A stretch of DNA of 63,433 nucleotides, counting the filler, from Basidiobolus ranarum (taxonomy: Eukaryota): the NCBI GenBank assembly GCA_040143965.1. It is 28 parts of 28 records of this genome, joined end to end, with 100 filler letters (N's around TTAATTAATTAA, not from the genome) between each part and the next. Parts side by side here need not be neighbours in the genome. Positions count along the whole stretch, not along the records: positions 1 to 2,180 come from JASJQH010010547.1; positions 2,281 to 4,459 come from JASJQH010010548.1; positions 4,560 to 6,737 come from JASJQH010010549.1; positions 6,838 to 9,013 come from JASJQH010010550.1; positions 9,114 to 11,289 come from JASJQH010010551.1; positions 11,390 to 13,565 come from JASJQH010010552.1; 22 more parts are not named here. One strand, given 5' to 3'. Shown piece by piece: positions 1 to 11,791 of the stretch (position 1 is the stretch's first letter; each line of letters starts with the position of its first letter). The position numbers and the translations under genes are program-made. The notes beneath the pieces are model-generated. The model saw only the letters and a program-made list of their open reading frames with translations, had not been told where the DNA came from and made no database searches.

Positions 1-25
1 TAGACATTACAGAGAGTGCAAGCTT

Positions 26-38
26 AGGGCTCATAACC
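26..38 (-). promoter_or_regulatory. Primer-binding site of copia family A (half-tRNAiMet type)
   Basis: Minus strand reads GGTTATGAGCCCT directly after the LTR end (...TTTAACA). The plus strand AGGGCTCATAACC matches the anticodon stem-loop of yeast initiator tRNA-Met. Confidence 0.85.
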
Positions 39-384
39 TGTTAAAGTATTTGGGAGCCTGTTGGAAGTGGTTTGGAGAATTAGAGGAATTGGTGGTTTTC
101 ACTTATTGATTAATTGAGAAGAATGTTGACATTTATAGTTTGTCAAGAAGTAAACAAACAAGCATGTATAATGTGTAAAGGAAGGTCCCAGGAACATGTG
201 TACAAAGCTTAGGGCTTCTAGCACAAGTTTGAAGAATCTATATATCTGAGAACATCTAAGTAAGTAAAAATATTCTAAGTAGATTCAATTGAGAATAATG
301 GATAATATCTTAGTGAAATATAAGATAAGTAAATACTAAGCTATACATGACTATATAGAAGTTTATGCAATGCTAATTTCAACT
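39..384 (-). mobile_element. Ty1/copia family A 5' LTR (about 346 bp)
   Basis: Reverse complement of the LTR at 46907-47253. On the minus strand it is followed by the PBS and the gag start. Confidence 0.88.
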
Positions 385-1216
385 TATTAACCTTACAAAG
401 TTGGGATCTTTCAATATACTGATGGGTTTTTGCATTGCATAAGCACAATAACAACAACAAAACCCAATCCATGGACTCAGAGTAAGTACCTCTATAATTC
501 TGACAAATTTGTTTGTGTGGTAATTTGACAGTATTTCTAGGTGAGCTTCAAGAGAGATTTCCAGGTGAGACACATTGAGATATGCAGTATTATTGTTTTT
601 GCCATGAGGTAATCTATTCAAGCAATTAGACTTCTTCTTGTGGCAGGACATTTGTTGAATACAAGTTGGGGATATTTTTGCTGAATTCTTTATGGAAATT
701 GGCCAGAATATAAGAGATTATTTTCATTGTGAACAGTAACAAAAGTCAGCTATTTGCAAAGTGTTGGTGAAATTCAAAATTTCAGATGTTTAGCAATTTT
801 TCCACCATTATTCGGCTGGTAAACCATATTGATGTTCTTGAGTTATGTCTCCTCAGTCAAGTATGTGCATATGTATAGACTAAGCACAACTAGATTCTTG
901 TATTTTTGATACTCAACATGGCTGGAATAAGAGCTTAAGGTATCTAAATAAAGGCTTGAATTAAATTGAATTCCTATAGCTCTAAGCCCAGTAATTTACC
1001 ATTCAAAAATTGTTAGAAATTATATAATGCATGCTAAATATGAGGATCAATATTTTACCATGTATGAATGCTGTAAAAATACCATCAAGGAGCTGCCATC
1101 TCCATCAAAATACCTTGCAGAATGCAAGCCTCCAATGTAGTGACAGTTCTATGACGGTTGTTCAATCCAGAAGGGAGGATCCAATCTGGAGCATATTGAT
1201 TTTATTTTTGTTAAGG
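385..1216 (+). mobile_element. CACTA/EnSpm-type element: decayed transposase C-terminus and right end
   Basis: Colinear with 46300-46906 and 11390-11791. Ends TTTATTTTTGTTAAGG, a decayed version of ...TGTTAGGG. Confidence 0.8.
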
Positions 1217-2180
1217 CCATCCAGCCATGCAAACTTGCTCTGATACATGAAAGTAGAAATCTTAAAGGAAAACCAGAAAACCAAAAGACTCTGAATGTCA
1301 GAGCTGTTGTCACTTTGGCTGATAATGTGTGTTTTATAATTTTTGGAGACTGTGTAGAATCTGGCCCAAAATCACCTTGATTTGACCCAATGGTGGAAAA
1401 ACTAAAAACAACCTGTTACTCTGAAGGTTCTTGACATATTTCATGTGGCCTTTCCTGGGTTTTTGCAAGCAAATGGCAATTGGGCTAGTATAGATCAATT
1501 CATGATATATCTCAAAAATGTTTGCAATCATCAACTTGGAGACAAAAGAAAAGCAGCTATGAAGTACTTATGGAGCTGGAAGTTAGTAAGCCCAAGTAAA
1601 AAGCAAAGAAGCCAATTAGTTTGTGCTCTACTGCTCCACTTAGCAAATTCTTCACACCATTACAAAGATCTGTATTTCCAGAGTGAGATATACCAGTAGA
1701 TATATTGCAAAGAGGCTTAATTTTACCATGGAACCAGATACACCAGTTGGAAGAGAGCTAAATTTAGAAGTTTGTCCAACACCCAGCACATCTCAATAAG
1801 CCAAAACACCAGCTCATAGAACTCCTGGCTCTTATACCTCAATTGTTACTTTTCAAAGTGTTGAAATTAGCCACAAATGTAAAGGCAAGCAAAAAGCCAC
1901 ACACACACCACAAAGTACACACGGTAGTGTCACACTACAAGGATGTATAAAAGTAGGAAAAGTGCATGAGGGGCATTTCACATGTATGAAGGGAAAAATA
2001 CAGTGCAAGAATGCAGAGAGTGGTTTCAGAAGAAGAACATTCAAATTGACATTTAATGTAGTGTTGACCATGCAGATATCTGGGAAGACCTTTGTACAGA
2101 GTGTCAAAATGTTGCAGGGTATCCACTAGATGGCTGGAAGAATGTTAATTAAGCAAGGTAAATACAATGGTGGGATTTGA
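1217..2180 (+). mobile_element. CACTA-type element ORF2 fragment (pseudogene)
   Basis: Encodes PGFLQANGNWASIDQFMIYLKNVCNHQL. Aligns with ORF2 copies at 19440-19707, 22758-23376, 50410-51370 and 62330-62989. Confidence 0.8.
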
Positions 2181-2280
2181 NNNNNNNNNNNNNNNNNNNN
2201 NNNNNNNNNNNNNNNNNNNNNNNNTTAATTAATTAANNNNNNNNNNNNNNNNNNNNNNNNNNNNNNNNNNNNNNNNNNNN
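2181..2280. other. Artificial contig spacer N44-TTAATTAATTAA-N44 (first of 27)
   Basis: The same 100-nt linker, with stops in all six frames, starts at 2181, 4460, 6738, 9014, 11290, 13566, 15840, 18113, 20386, 22658, 24930, 27201, 29471, 31741, 34010, 36278, 38545, 40811, 43076, 45341, 47605, 49868, 52130, 54392, 56653, 58914 and 61175. Confidence 0.99.
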
Positions 2281-2745
2281 GGTTTTGACTGTGCAGATAT
2301 CTTGGAACAAATTAATAGAGAGTTGTAAAGTATTGAAAGTCATCTGAAACATAAACAGAAGACTGTTGAGATAGCATTGTTGACACAATGGTGGGCTTTG
2401 ATGCAGACTTTAATACAAGCTTATATTAGATATGAGCTAAATCTTAGGTATGAAGAAATCTATAAAATAGTTCAAGAGAATATATCAAAGAAACTATGGA
2501 TGTCAGAGGTGATAATTTGGCATTCAAGTAGTAAATGTGTAAAATTTCAGTTATGTTTTTAGACATCTATTGATGCATTGTTTTTGGGATTGTAGTAAAT
2601 TGAGTGCAATCTGGAATTTCACTCCTGAAACTAAAATATTGACTTAAATAAGATCCAACTTGACAATTTTATGAGAGTAAGTAAATGGTCAAATCAAAAG
2701 TTAAAATGTGATGTTTTCTTATCATAAGAATCCTCAAATATCTGA
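2281..2745 (+). mobile_element. Old CACTA-type copy: ORF2 C-terminus and left subterminal region
   Basis: QWWALMQTLIQAYIRYELNLRYEEIYKIVQENISKKL matches the ORF2 C-terminus. It is followed by ATTTCACTCCTGAAAC...ATCCTCAAATATCTG left-end sequence. Confidence 0.75.
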
Positions 2746-3460
2746 AAGTGTTATCATGCTGAACAACCAATAATATTTGCCAAATATTTAGTGACTGATT
2801 GAATTTTGACCAATCTAAACTTAACTCTGCCAGAATATTGGATAATTATCTGGATTCCTTATAAATCCTAAGTAGCTAAGAACTATTGAGGTTTTGGCAA
2901 GCTGAACAGTATATAACTGAACCAACATTTAAGCTGTTATCTTTAGTAAATCCTTCTAGTGCATATCAACTAATGCAAGACAAACTTGAGGGGTTATATG
3001 TCATCTTGTACAATTACCGTTATAATACCATCAAGAAGCCACTGTTTTACTTGCTTTAGGTTGTGAGTAACAACTGCAACTGCAATGTTTTAAGGGTTGT
3101 ACAAAGTGTCCAATAGATGCAACAACCATCTAGGAATGACTCTGGGATGTATTGTAATATTGGTCTCTCTGTTGCTTCTTGGGCATTTTGCAACAGGAAT
3201 CAAGTCATTTCAAATGACAAAGAACTGACCAATCAGAATGCAATATCCATTTTTGTGTTGAATAATCAACTGGCACCTGACAAAAGAATGTACTGGGTTC
3301 AATGTCCTTTGAGATTAATGAGATAAAAAGAGTATATTCAATCAAAAGTAACTGTAAACTTAGCCTGCAAGGGCTTGAACAAGGATGCACTACTAGTGGC
3401 TCATCTCATGATACAAAAAGCTCCCCAGCCTATGCAGACAAAGCCAGGGAAAAACACATG

Positions 3461-3953
3461 AAATATCAGAAGTATAGCTCCTTCTGTGAGTACTTCCTTT
3501 GAGTCAGCCAAGTCCTTTCAAGCCATACAATAGCTGGAAACTTTCTATAGTAGTCTCTCTTGAGCTTCCTCTTCAATGGTCTTGAGAGCTGTGATGAGAA
3601 TTAGGGGTAATTGCAAGTAGAAATTGTTAGTTCAAGACCAGGTTTATTTTTATTCAGAAGATATGGCTCTTTTTACACTTTTCTGGAGTTCAATCAGTAA
3701 CCAAATATTTGAAATATCTTGTGAAATGCTCTGGAAGATTGTGGCAGTTTTGGGCAAATAGTAAAGCTAATGTTGATTACTACTGATACATTGCAAATAA
3801 TAGAGGATTGTGTTAATAGTGTGATGTTATTGGCTAGATTAAATGGGTATGGCAAATATGGAAAACAAAGTAGAAATTATGGTTTAGTAATGGTATGAGC
3901 TAGGATTAGAAGTATGTCAAACTGCCAGTGGGTAGCAAAGCTGGCCTCTTACG
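3461..3953 (-). mobile_element. LTR-like repeat family D (may extend further left)
   Basis: Reverse complement aligns with 19708-20385 (TTGCTACCCACTGGCAG start, GAGGAAGCTCAAGAGAGACTACTA, CTCAAAGGAAGTACT). Confidence 0.65.
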
Positions 3954-4459
3954 CCATTGTACTATCAAGATATCTGTCAGAATGCAAGCTACCAATGTTG
4001 TGATGAGCCTCTGACAGTTTTGTGCTCCCACAGGTTGGATCTGATCTGTATCAAATTAATTTCATTTTTGTCAGAGGCTTTTATGAACATATCTCAGGCA
4101 GATACAGCAGCTGTGTCAAAATTTTCAATTAAATATGAAAAACCTGATTGTAAATTTAAGGAAGATGGACTGAATCTATACCAATATTTAATATAATCAC
4201 TGATCAATCTTTCACATTACTTTGAGATCATAGGCCCATGATATACTTTATGGAAGCTTTTAATGGAGTGTATTTATAGTGACATGATTCCCCTTGTGAA
4301 ATCATCAGTATTGCATATGAAGATCCAGTTAACAACTTATAAGCATAGTCCCTAACAAAAATAAAATCGATTTGATCCGGATTGGATCCACCCTCCGAAA
4401 TAGCAAAACCGTCAGAGAACCGTCACAATATTGTTGGCTTGCATTCTGCCAGGGATTTT
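3954..4459. mobile_element. Nested CACTA fragments: old right end (3954-4077, +), transposase fragment (4078-4349, +), young right end (4350-4459, -)
   Basis: 4350 begins CCCTAACAAAAATAAAATCGATTTGATCCGG. 4078-4349 aligns with the transposase at about 45990-46250 (FKEDGLNL). Confidence 0.8.
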
Positions 4460-5329
4460 NNNNNNNNNNNNNNNNNNNNNNNNNNNNNNNNNNNNNNNNN
4501 NNNTTAATTAATTAANNNNNNNNNNNNNNNNNNNNNNNNNNNNNNNNNNNNNNNNNNNNTCTTCCATATTTATTATTAAATGAGAATTGGTCATCATTAC
4601 TCTTGGACGAATTTCTCAGATGTTAACACGGAGTATGTCTCTAAAGGTTTCAAAGCCAAAGAATGACTCAACATGAAAGAGCCTATTCAAAGGTTTGAGC
4701 AATTGTAAGAGATAGAGATGTACAGATGAAAGTACATATTGCAATATCTAGTAGTAGTTAGCTCCATAATCTAATGTCTTTTTGACTCAACAAGGATCTC
4801 TGACAATGAAACCAGTTTGCATGAATCAAAAGTCTACTACAACAATAAATCAAGTCTACTTGTTGTAAGGAAATCATCATTTTGCAAGAACAAACAACGG
4901 CGAACAACGAGCCGATATTCTATTCTGACTAATTTATCTAGAGTCAATGGGAACAGGGAGAAAAGGTTACGCGAAAACCTCTTGTGTAGCTCAGGTGAAT
5001 TTAGCCTTTCCCATACATCTCTACATCACCATAAATCGCGTGAATTTTGAAAATTGAAATTTTCTGCTATAACTCATCCTTATTGTAAGCAAACCAATTC
5101 AAACTATTTAGAGTTTTATTTTCAACCAAACTTTAGGGAAAGGTACCTTTCTTTTCTTCAATATTCAACTGCGTGGTTTTCTAGCTATTTCATATTTCAG
5201 ATATATAGTACAAAGTATAAGTACGTGTCATCTCAGTCGGTTATTTTTTCTCATCTTGATGGATATTAATATATTGCGTCGTTCACGTTCAACAGGTTCA
5301 ACTTCACATCCTCTAAGTTTACTTCACAC

Positions 5330-6163
5330 ATGATCCCAGTAAAACGCGTAACAAGATCAGCATCTGCTGCTGCTGCCATCGCTGGCACTACTGCTTCTTC
5401 TATCGAGTCAGCACCTAAGAAGGCTAAAACTGAGACTAAAAAACCAGTGGAAACCAAAGCAGTCAAGAATAACAAAACCACCTCAACAAAGACCAAAAGT
5501 GATACTCAAACACGTAAAACTCGTACCGCAAAGGCGGAACCCAAAGTAGAAAAATCATCTGTCGATAAAGGTTCAGCTGAGAGTCCAACACCTGATAGCC
5601 CCGTTATCGCCAAGACCCCTGAGAGTCAACCTAATAAAACTCGAGCTGCTCGTTCCACTAGTGGAGCCAAGAAAACTGAAGAACCAAGTGAACCTGGTAA
5701 ACCAGAAATTATCGCTGAAGGATCTTATTTACCGGATGATTTGGATTCAGTATTAACTGACGCTGGAGAAGAGGTAAAACTTCAAGAGCTTGTAAAATCC
5801 AATGGACTGGTTATTTTCTTTTATCCCCGAGCAAATACACCTGGATGTACAATGCAAGCATGCGGGTTTAGAGATCGTTTGCCAGAGGCTACATCCGAGG
5901 GATATAAAGTATATGGAATGTCCGCAGATTCACCCAAAGCCCAGACTACCTGGAAGAACAAACATAAGCTAGGATATACTTTATTATGCGATCCCGAATA
6001 TAAAGTACTGAAGCGCCTGGGTGTTATGAAGCAACCAAAAGGAATCAAGAGAAGTCACATAGTAATTGAAAAAGGAGGTAAAATCAAGAGTTTGAAAATA
6101 CAAATTGGTCCAAAGCCAAGTGTTGAACAAGCTCTTGCTACGGTAACCGAAAGTTCGGAATAA
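5330..6163 (+). CDS. DOT5: Peroxiredoxin Q/BCP family (Dot5-like) with Lys/Thr-rich N-terminal extension
   Basis: Intact 277-aa ORF. FFYPRANTPGCTMQACGFRD is the PxxxTxxC peroxidatic motif with a CxxxxC resolving Cys. Also GMSADSPKAQ, LLCDP and RSH. The basic N-terminus resembles nuclear Dot5. Confidence 0.93.
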   Translation: MIPVKRVTRSASAAAAIAGTTASSIESAPKKAKTETKKPVETKAVKNNKTTSTKTKSDTQTRKTRTAKAEPKVEKSSVDKGSAESPTPDSPVIAKTPESQPNKTRAARSTSGAKKTEEPSEPGKPEIIAEGSYLPDDLDSVLTDAGEEVKLQELVKSNGLVIFFYPRANTPGCTMQACGFRDRLPEATSEGYKVYGMSADSPKAQTTWKNKHKLGYTLLCDPEYKVLKRLGVMKQPKGIKRSHIVIEKGGKIKSLKIQIGPKPSVEQALATVTESSE

Positions 6164-6863
6164 TCCACTTTCTTCGCGGACACGATTAATTTGCTTTTTA
6201 AATATGTTTATGAATGTTTGTATGACATGACATCCCATGCCTTTCTAATTTAGATAACCCTAAGTTTCTTTTGCTTCTTTTAAGCTAGTACAAATTGTTA
6301 TTCTCGAAGTTTGATTAACAAATGCAAAATCGTTCTTTTTCATGTATGAAATTAAATGATATTAAAAGATATATATACACTCTTTCCTCCAAACATTTTT
6401 CAAAGGTACTTTCAGAAACCTCCATAGAGCTTAGATTTGGAAACTTATGTCTGCTCTTTGACCTGTATATCGTATCAACAACAGTATAGATCAAAGAAAA
6501 CATTGTTTGAGAAGTCAAAAAAGATTGAATAACAAGGCGTGTTTAGTCAGGATATATTTCAGTTTAATTCATATAGAAGAATTGTGAAGCATCGTTATGG
6601 AAGATATTATTCATCTCATAAATCTTGGACAACTTTCAAACTTCGAATAAAAATTATATGATCTCGATATTGTATATATGCACTTACTGAACAACTCGGC
6701 CAACAGTGTTATATCTTTTGGAGAAAAAGTCGTACCANNNNNNNNNNNNNNNNNNNNNNNNNNNNNNNNNNNNNNNNNNNNTTAATTAATTAANNNNNNN
6801 NNNNNNNNNNNNNNNNNNNNNNNNNNNNNNNNNNNNNAACTTCAATTGCACTAAAAGAGTTTA

Positions 6864-7217
<354 letters not shown>

Positions 7218-7464
7218 CTAGTCTTGTGTGTACGTATAGGAAGCGATGGCTTCGATATTATGTCACTAATTGGTTAGATAGTTAAAATTTTCTAGGTGAA
7301 AAAAAGTGGATGAAAAAGTTATTCTTTTTCTTTTTAATCGAATTTAAATAATCCGTTATTTTAACGAGATATGTAGAAGTCGGTGATTTACTCAGAAATA
7401 TATGCATTTAACCCACTGCACAAAACATAAGCATCATTGGATGAAACAGTGTATGCAGGTGAAT

Positions 7465-8211
7465 TTATGTTTCTTGATCGTATATTGCAAGTACAGTTTG
7501 AATCCCACTTGGATCGTCAAATTTCTCCAGGCTATTCCATTTGAGATGATTGGGTTCGACAAATCTTTTTATATTATCAAGGTAATCATACTCTTTCCAA
7601 AAATAGACCTTCTGCCTTACTATAGGCTCAAGAAATGGCTTAACACAACACCATAGAGAATTCAAAAAGAAAGAGGTGGGATAGACTAGGACGCGCTCCA
7701 AACATTCTGGGAAATGTCTTTGAAACACGGGAAGTATTACCCTAGCCAAGCCTAAGTCGGCGTTTGCTCTTGTTGCTGCGGTTCTATCGAAAAGTAAAGT
7801 AAACTTGTTTCTCAGTAGACCGGCACGGTCAGCTTTCGCCACCATCCATACGAAGAATCTAGCTTCTCGCTCACGTTGTATCAAACCAGGGATATGCTTG
7901 CAACTTCTCCAAACCAAAACGGTCGAACCGTCTAACGCAGTTTTATGAAAAAACAATTCCCCAGTTTTTAAAACGTCCGTAAAGTCTTCGTTATGAATGT
8001 CGTCGTATCCTATCTCTCTTCGCCAATTTAAGGTTTCTGTAATGTGACGAAGAGTATTGTTGAAATCCCCTTTATTAGCTATCCAATAACGTTTGATATC
8101 GAAATATGTGAATTCCACCTTTTCCGGGAGACTTTCCTTCAATTTCTCAAAAGTTTTATCGTCGAAGCCATGCCTAAAGTCTCGACATTGGTCATTATTG
8201 TAATAATCCAT
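7465..8211 (-). CDS. CRAL-TRIO (Sec14-like) lipid-binding protein
   Basis: 248-aa intact ORF. DIKRYWIANKG...TLNWRRE (CRAL-TRIO-N), ALDGSTVLVWR, FTLLFDR, FQRHFPECLERVLVYP...LWCCVKPFLEPIVRQKVYF. Confidence 0.85.
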   Translation of the reverse strand: MDYYNNDQCRDFRHGFDDKTFEKLKESLPEKVEFTYFDIKRYWIANKGDFNNTLRHITETLNWRREIGYDDIHNEDFTDVLKTGELFFHKTALDGSTVLVWRSCKHIPGLIQREREARFFVWMVAKADRAGLLRNKFTLLFDRTAATRANADLGLARVILPVFQRHFPECLERVLVYPTSFFLNSLWCCVKPFLEPIVRQKVYFWKEYDYLDNIKRFVEPNHLKWNSLEKFDDPSGIQTVLAIYDQET

Positions 8212-9113
8212 TTGGGTAGATGCTAGCAGTAGAGAAGTGGCCCCGCTTTATATACAACGTTAAATAGTGAATATTGAAGTGTATTTCCAGTAATATCCCA
8301 TTCGTTACATAGTCTATTTAAAGCATTTTCTTTATGCGTAGGAGTTTGCCAGTCAGAATCACACATTACTCCTGGATTTAGGAGTGTGCATGAATTCGTA
8401 AAATTTAAGATTATCCTTTAACAGGAAGGCAAAGTAAATGTTCATTTACTATCTATAAAAAGCTTCTTATTTGAACTGTTACTATATTGGTGTAAGTTAA
8501 CTTACTCCCTTAGATTTCACATATACCTATACTCCAGGAGATCCTTTTTCATCTTAGTTTCGGATGAACATCAATATATTTGGTTCTAGTTTAGGGGTAG
8601 CCCGCGAGACATACCAGATAAATGACAAATAAGAGATAGGGAATACAGGTTAGTGATGATGGGTTTATTTGAATATAAATTGGATTTGTATGCGAAACGA
8701 GCCTTTAGACTATATCATATATACCATGATAAAGCTCAAGTTCTAGTGACTAAAACTACAGATATATACGACATAATCGAGCTCATGGTAGAAATTTACA
8801 TGATGACTGGTGTGAATGAGGAGTATGGGTGGTGTCGGTACCGTGCTGGTGTCAGCAAAATTATAATGAATTGAGCCATTCTTTCACATCGCTGATAAGT
8901 TTCGTTAGCCCCGTGGTCTTGGGAAGCTCTTGAGAGTAAGCTTTTGTTTTTTTAGGTGTGCTAACGCTAAATAATCAGTATTTATGTTAGAACACGTGCC
9001 AAGAAAAGTGTAGNNNNNNNNNNNNNNNNNNNNNNNNNNNNNNNNNNNNNNNNNNNNTTAATTAATTAANNNNNNNNNNNNNNNNNNNNNNNNNNNNNNN
9101 NNNNNNNNNNNNN

Positions 9114-9838
9114 CTTACATATAATCTAAGAGATTTATGTGTAAATATAAGTTATTCCAATCAAGAAACTATTCAATTATGGCATAAGAGATTTGGCCAT
9201 ATTGGATTTGATTATTTGAGCAAAGTGATCAAAAATTGCCTATTTTCTGGAATTCAAATTAATCCCCCAAACAAAATGGAAAATTTATTGCATTCACTAA
9301 AATAGTGACTGTATTGATTAGTGATTTAATGTCTCCTCCTGGCTTAATCTTCAAGTTAAAGAATTGTCTTCATAGAAGCATCTTAATTTTCCAAACTTGA
9401 TAATTGGTTCTATCCAATTTTTAAGGAGTGGAAAAGGTTCAAGAAATCTGAGAAGTACACATTACAGAGAGTGCAAACTTGGGGCTCATGACCTGTTAAA
9501 GTACTTTAGAGCCTGTTAGAAATAGTTTGAATAATTAGAGTAATTGGTGGTTTGCATGTACTTTTTTGTTGACTAGAGGGTTGACATTTATAGTTTTGTC
9601 AGGATGTAAGCAAGCTGGTATGTTGAGTATGTTAGCAAAAATCTCAGGAACATGTGTGCAAAATTTGGCACCTCTAGCACAAGTTTGAAAAATCCATATA
9701 TGAGAACTTCTAACTCGGCAAAAATATTCTAAGTAACTTCCGATTGAGAATACTGGGTGATATCTTAGTGAAATATAAGATACCTAAATACTAAGCTATA
9801 TATGACTATATAGATGCTTAGGAAATACTAATTTCCAA
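9114..9838 (-). mobile_element. Copia family A: 5' LTR (9494-9838), PBS (GGTCATGAGCCCC, 9481-9493) and decayed, internally deleted gag
   Basis: LTR, PBS and gag start are colinear with 46907-47400. Confidence 0.82.
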
Positions 9839-9848
9839 TCTTATAACC

Positions 9849-10201
9849 TGTTAAAGATTTTGGGAGCCTTTTGGAAGTGGTTTGGAGAACTAGATTTTCA
9901 CCTATTGATTTTTTCAGTAGAGTTGACAATTATAGATTTGTCCAGAAGTTAGCAGACTTACGTGTAGAATATGTTAAGAAAGGCTCCAGGAACGTGTGTG
10001 CCAGGTTTTGGGCTTCTAGCACAAGTTTGAAAAAATTTGCATATCTGCCAACTTCTAAGTTGGTAAAAATATTGTAAGCAAATTCTGATATCGAATAATG
10101 GGTGATATCTTAGTTCAATATAGGATAATTAAATACCAAGCTATATATGACTATATAGGTGTTATATATATATATATGTTTAGGCTATGCTTATTTCAAC
10201 A
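9849..10201 (-). mobile_element. Second family A LTR with PBS remnant (TTATAACC, 9841-9848) and an internal (AT)n expansion
   Basis: Ends ...TTATTTCAACA at 10201. Aligns with 39-384. Confidence 0.8.
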
Positions 10202-10511
10202 TTTCCTTAGCTTAATCTGAAAGCATTTAGCATACAATCATGAACTTTTCAGGTCAAGTATATTCTGCCTTAAGAAAATCGGTTGAACTTTTAGAGTAAT
10301 AGTTGCATTTTTTGAAATAAATATATACTATAATTTGGTGTGTAAATGGTATGTGATTAATTGGGTGTGAAAACTAGATTAATTTCAACTGTTTCCAGTC
10401 ACAGCAAAATGGATTTCCAACTGATAAAATTTTTTAATATATTGTACAATCTTCGTTTCACTAATTCGTTCCCCTCTTGTGGTGGAAATTTTGATTAGTT
10501 TTTCTTTTTTC

Positions 10512-11289
10512 ATGTGGAGCTTACGAGGTGCAAGTTCTAGGACGAACTTTCCACCAGTTTTTCTACTCAAGTCTCTCCTTGATGGAGTACCACCAAAAGG
10601 TTTTGCTTACACCACCAGAAATATCACATCCTTTCGGTCCAAGCTAAAACTGCCGCTACCGGGAAATAAAGTGAAACGCCAACTTGGAGCTGTGGGAACT
10701 CAAACAGAGGGGAGTTTCGATGAGAATGAAGGGTTCAAGATTTGGACCAATATTCCCTCAGAAGAATTCTCTTCCCAAAAGATCAAACTTTTTTTGTTGA
10801 ACGATTCTACGCAAGTGAAGAAAGGGTTGACGTTATTTCGAAGTTTATTGGATAAATCAGGGCATAAAAAGGTTCTTTTGGAGGGAGTAGGCTCAAACGA
10901 AAATAGTTTACGATTTTTACTCTTAACTGTTGACGAAACTTGTCTATGTATTGATATAGCAAGCATTATAGGAAACGGGCAACTCTGTCCTCTAGACCTA
11001 AAACTTTTGATAACCGACCCTAGAATTGTTAAGGTTGGCGCTAATGTTGAGGCTGTATCTAGTAGACTATTTCATGACTATGGGCTTCGGTGTGGGCCCA
11101 TAAACTCCAAGCACCTGATACAAAGCAAGTATGTAGATATAATTGAATACCTTTCGCAGAAGTACAGCATGGAAATGAAGGCTGTTTGTAGCTTTCAAAA
11201 TGCTATACCCGAGAAAAATACCGAAGTACTAGATAGTACTCTCAAACGCGATACCAACGATCTAGCTTCAACGAAAGTGATAGAACTGG
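10512..11289 (+). CDS. WRN/EXD2-like DEDDy 3'-5' exonuclease-fold protein, 5' part; catalytic acids appear degenerate
   Basis: LLLTVDETCLCIDI...LCPLDLKLLITDPRIVKVGANVEAVSSRLFHDYGL resembles the WRN-exonuclease pattern LP.SLK.LLED..I.KVGVGI.GD..KL.RDF. Likely ATG at 10512 with an Arg/Ser-rich N-terminus. ORF is open to the contig end. Confidence 0.65.
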
Positions 11290-11389
11290 NNNNNNNNNNN
11301 NNNNNNNNNNNNNNNNNNNNNNNNNNNNNNNNNTTAATTAATTAANNNNNNNNNNNNNNNNNNNNNNNNNNNNNNNNNNNNNNNNNNNN

Positions 11390-11791
11390 GTTGAGTTATG
11401 TCTAATCAGTCAAATATGTGCATATGTAGAGACTAAACACAACAAGATTCTTGTATTTTTTGATTCTCATTATGGCTGGAATACAAAGCCTAAAATATCT
11501 AAATAAAGGCATGCATATTAATTCGAATTCCTACAGCAGTAAACCCAGTAATTTGCCATTCGAAAATTATATTTTTGCTAAAATTGCTGGATATTGAATA
11601 ACACATGCCAAATTTGAGGATCAATAATTTAACATGTATGAATACCGCCAAGATACCATCAAGAAACTGCTGTCACATCATCAAAATCCCTGGCAGAATG
11701 CAAGCCAACGATATTGTGACGGTTTCTGATGGTTTTGCTATTTTGGAGGGTGGATCTGATCCGGGTCAAATTGATTTTATTTTTGTTAGGG
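11390..11791 (+). mobile_element. CACTA-type right end including the transposase stop codon
   Basis: ...HYGWNTKPKISK* followed by about 285 bp ending GATTTTATTTTTGTTAGGG. Confidence 0.88.

Noticed and set aside
26-38. tRNA-Met gene fragment
   Set aside because: Only 13 nt match and no cloverleaf surrounds it. It is a retroelement PBS.
2225-2236. Regularly spaced TTAATTAATTAA as a CRISPR-like or biological repeat array
   Set aside because: Always embedded in N-runs of fixed length. It is an assembly linker with stops in six frames.
5330-5700. Histone H1-like Lys-rich domain fused to a peroxiredoxin as a novel fusion
   Set aside because: A basic, disordered N-terminal extension is normal for fungal Dot5.
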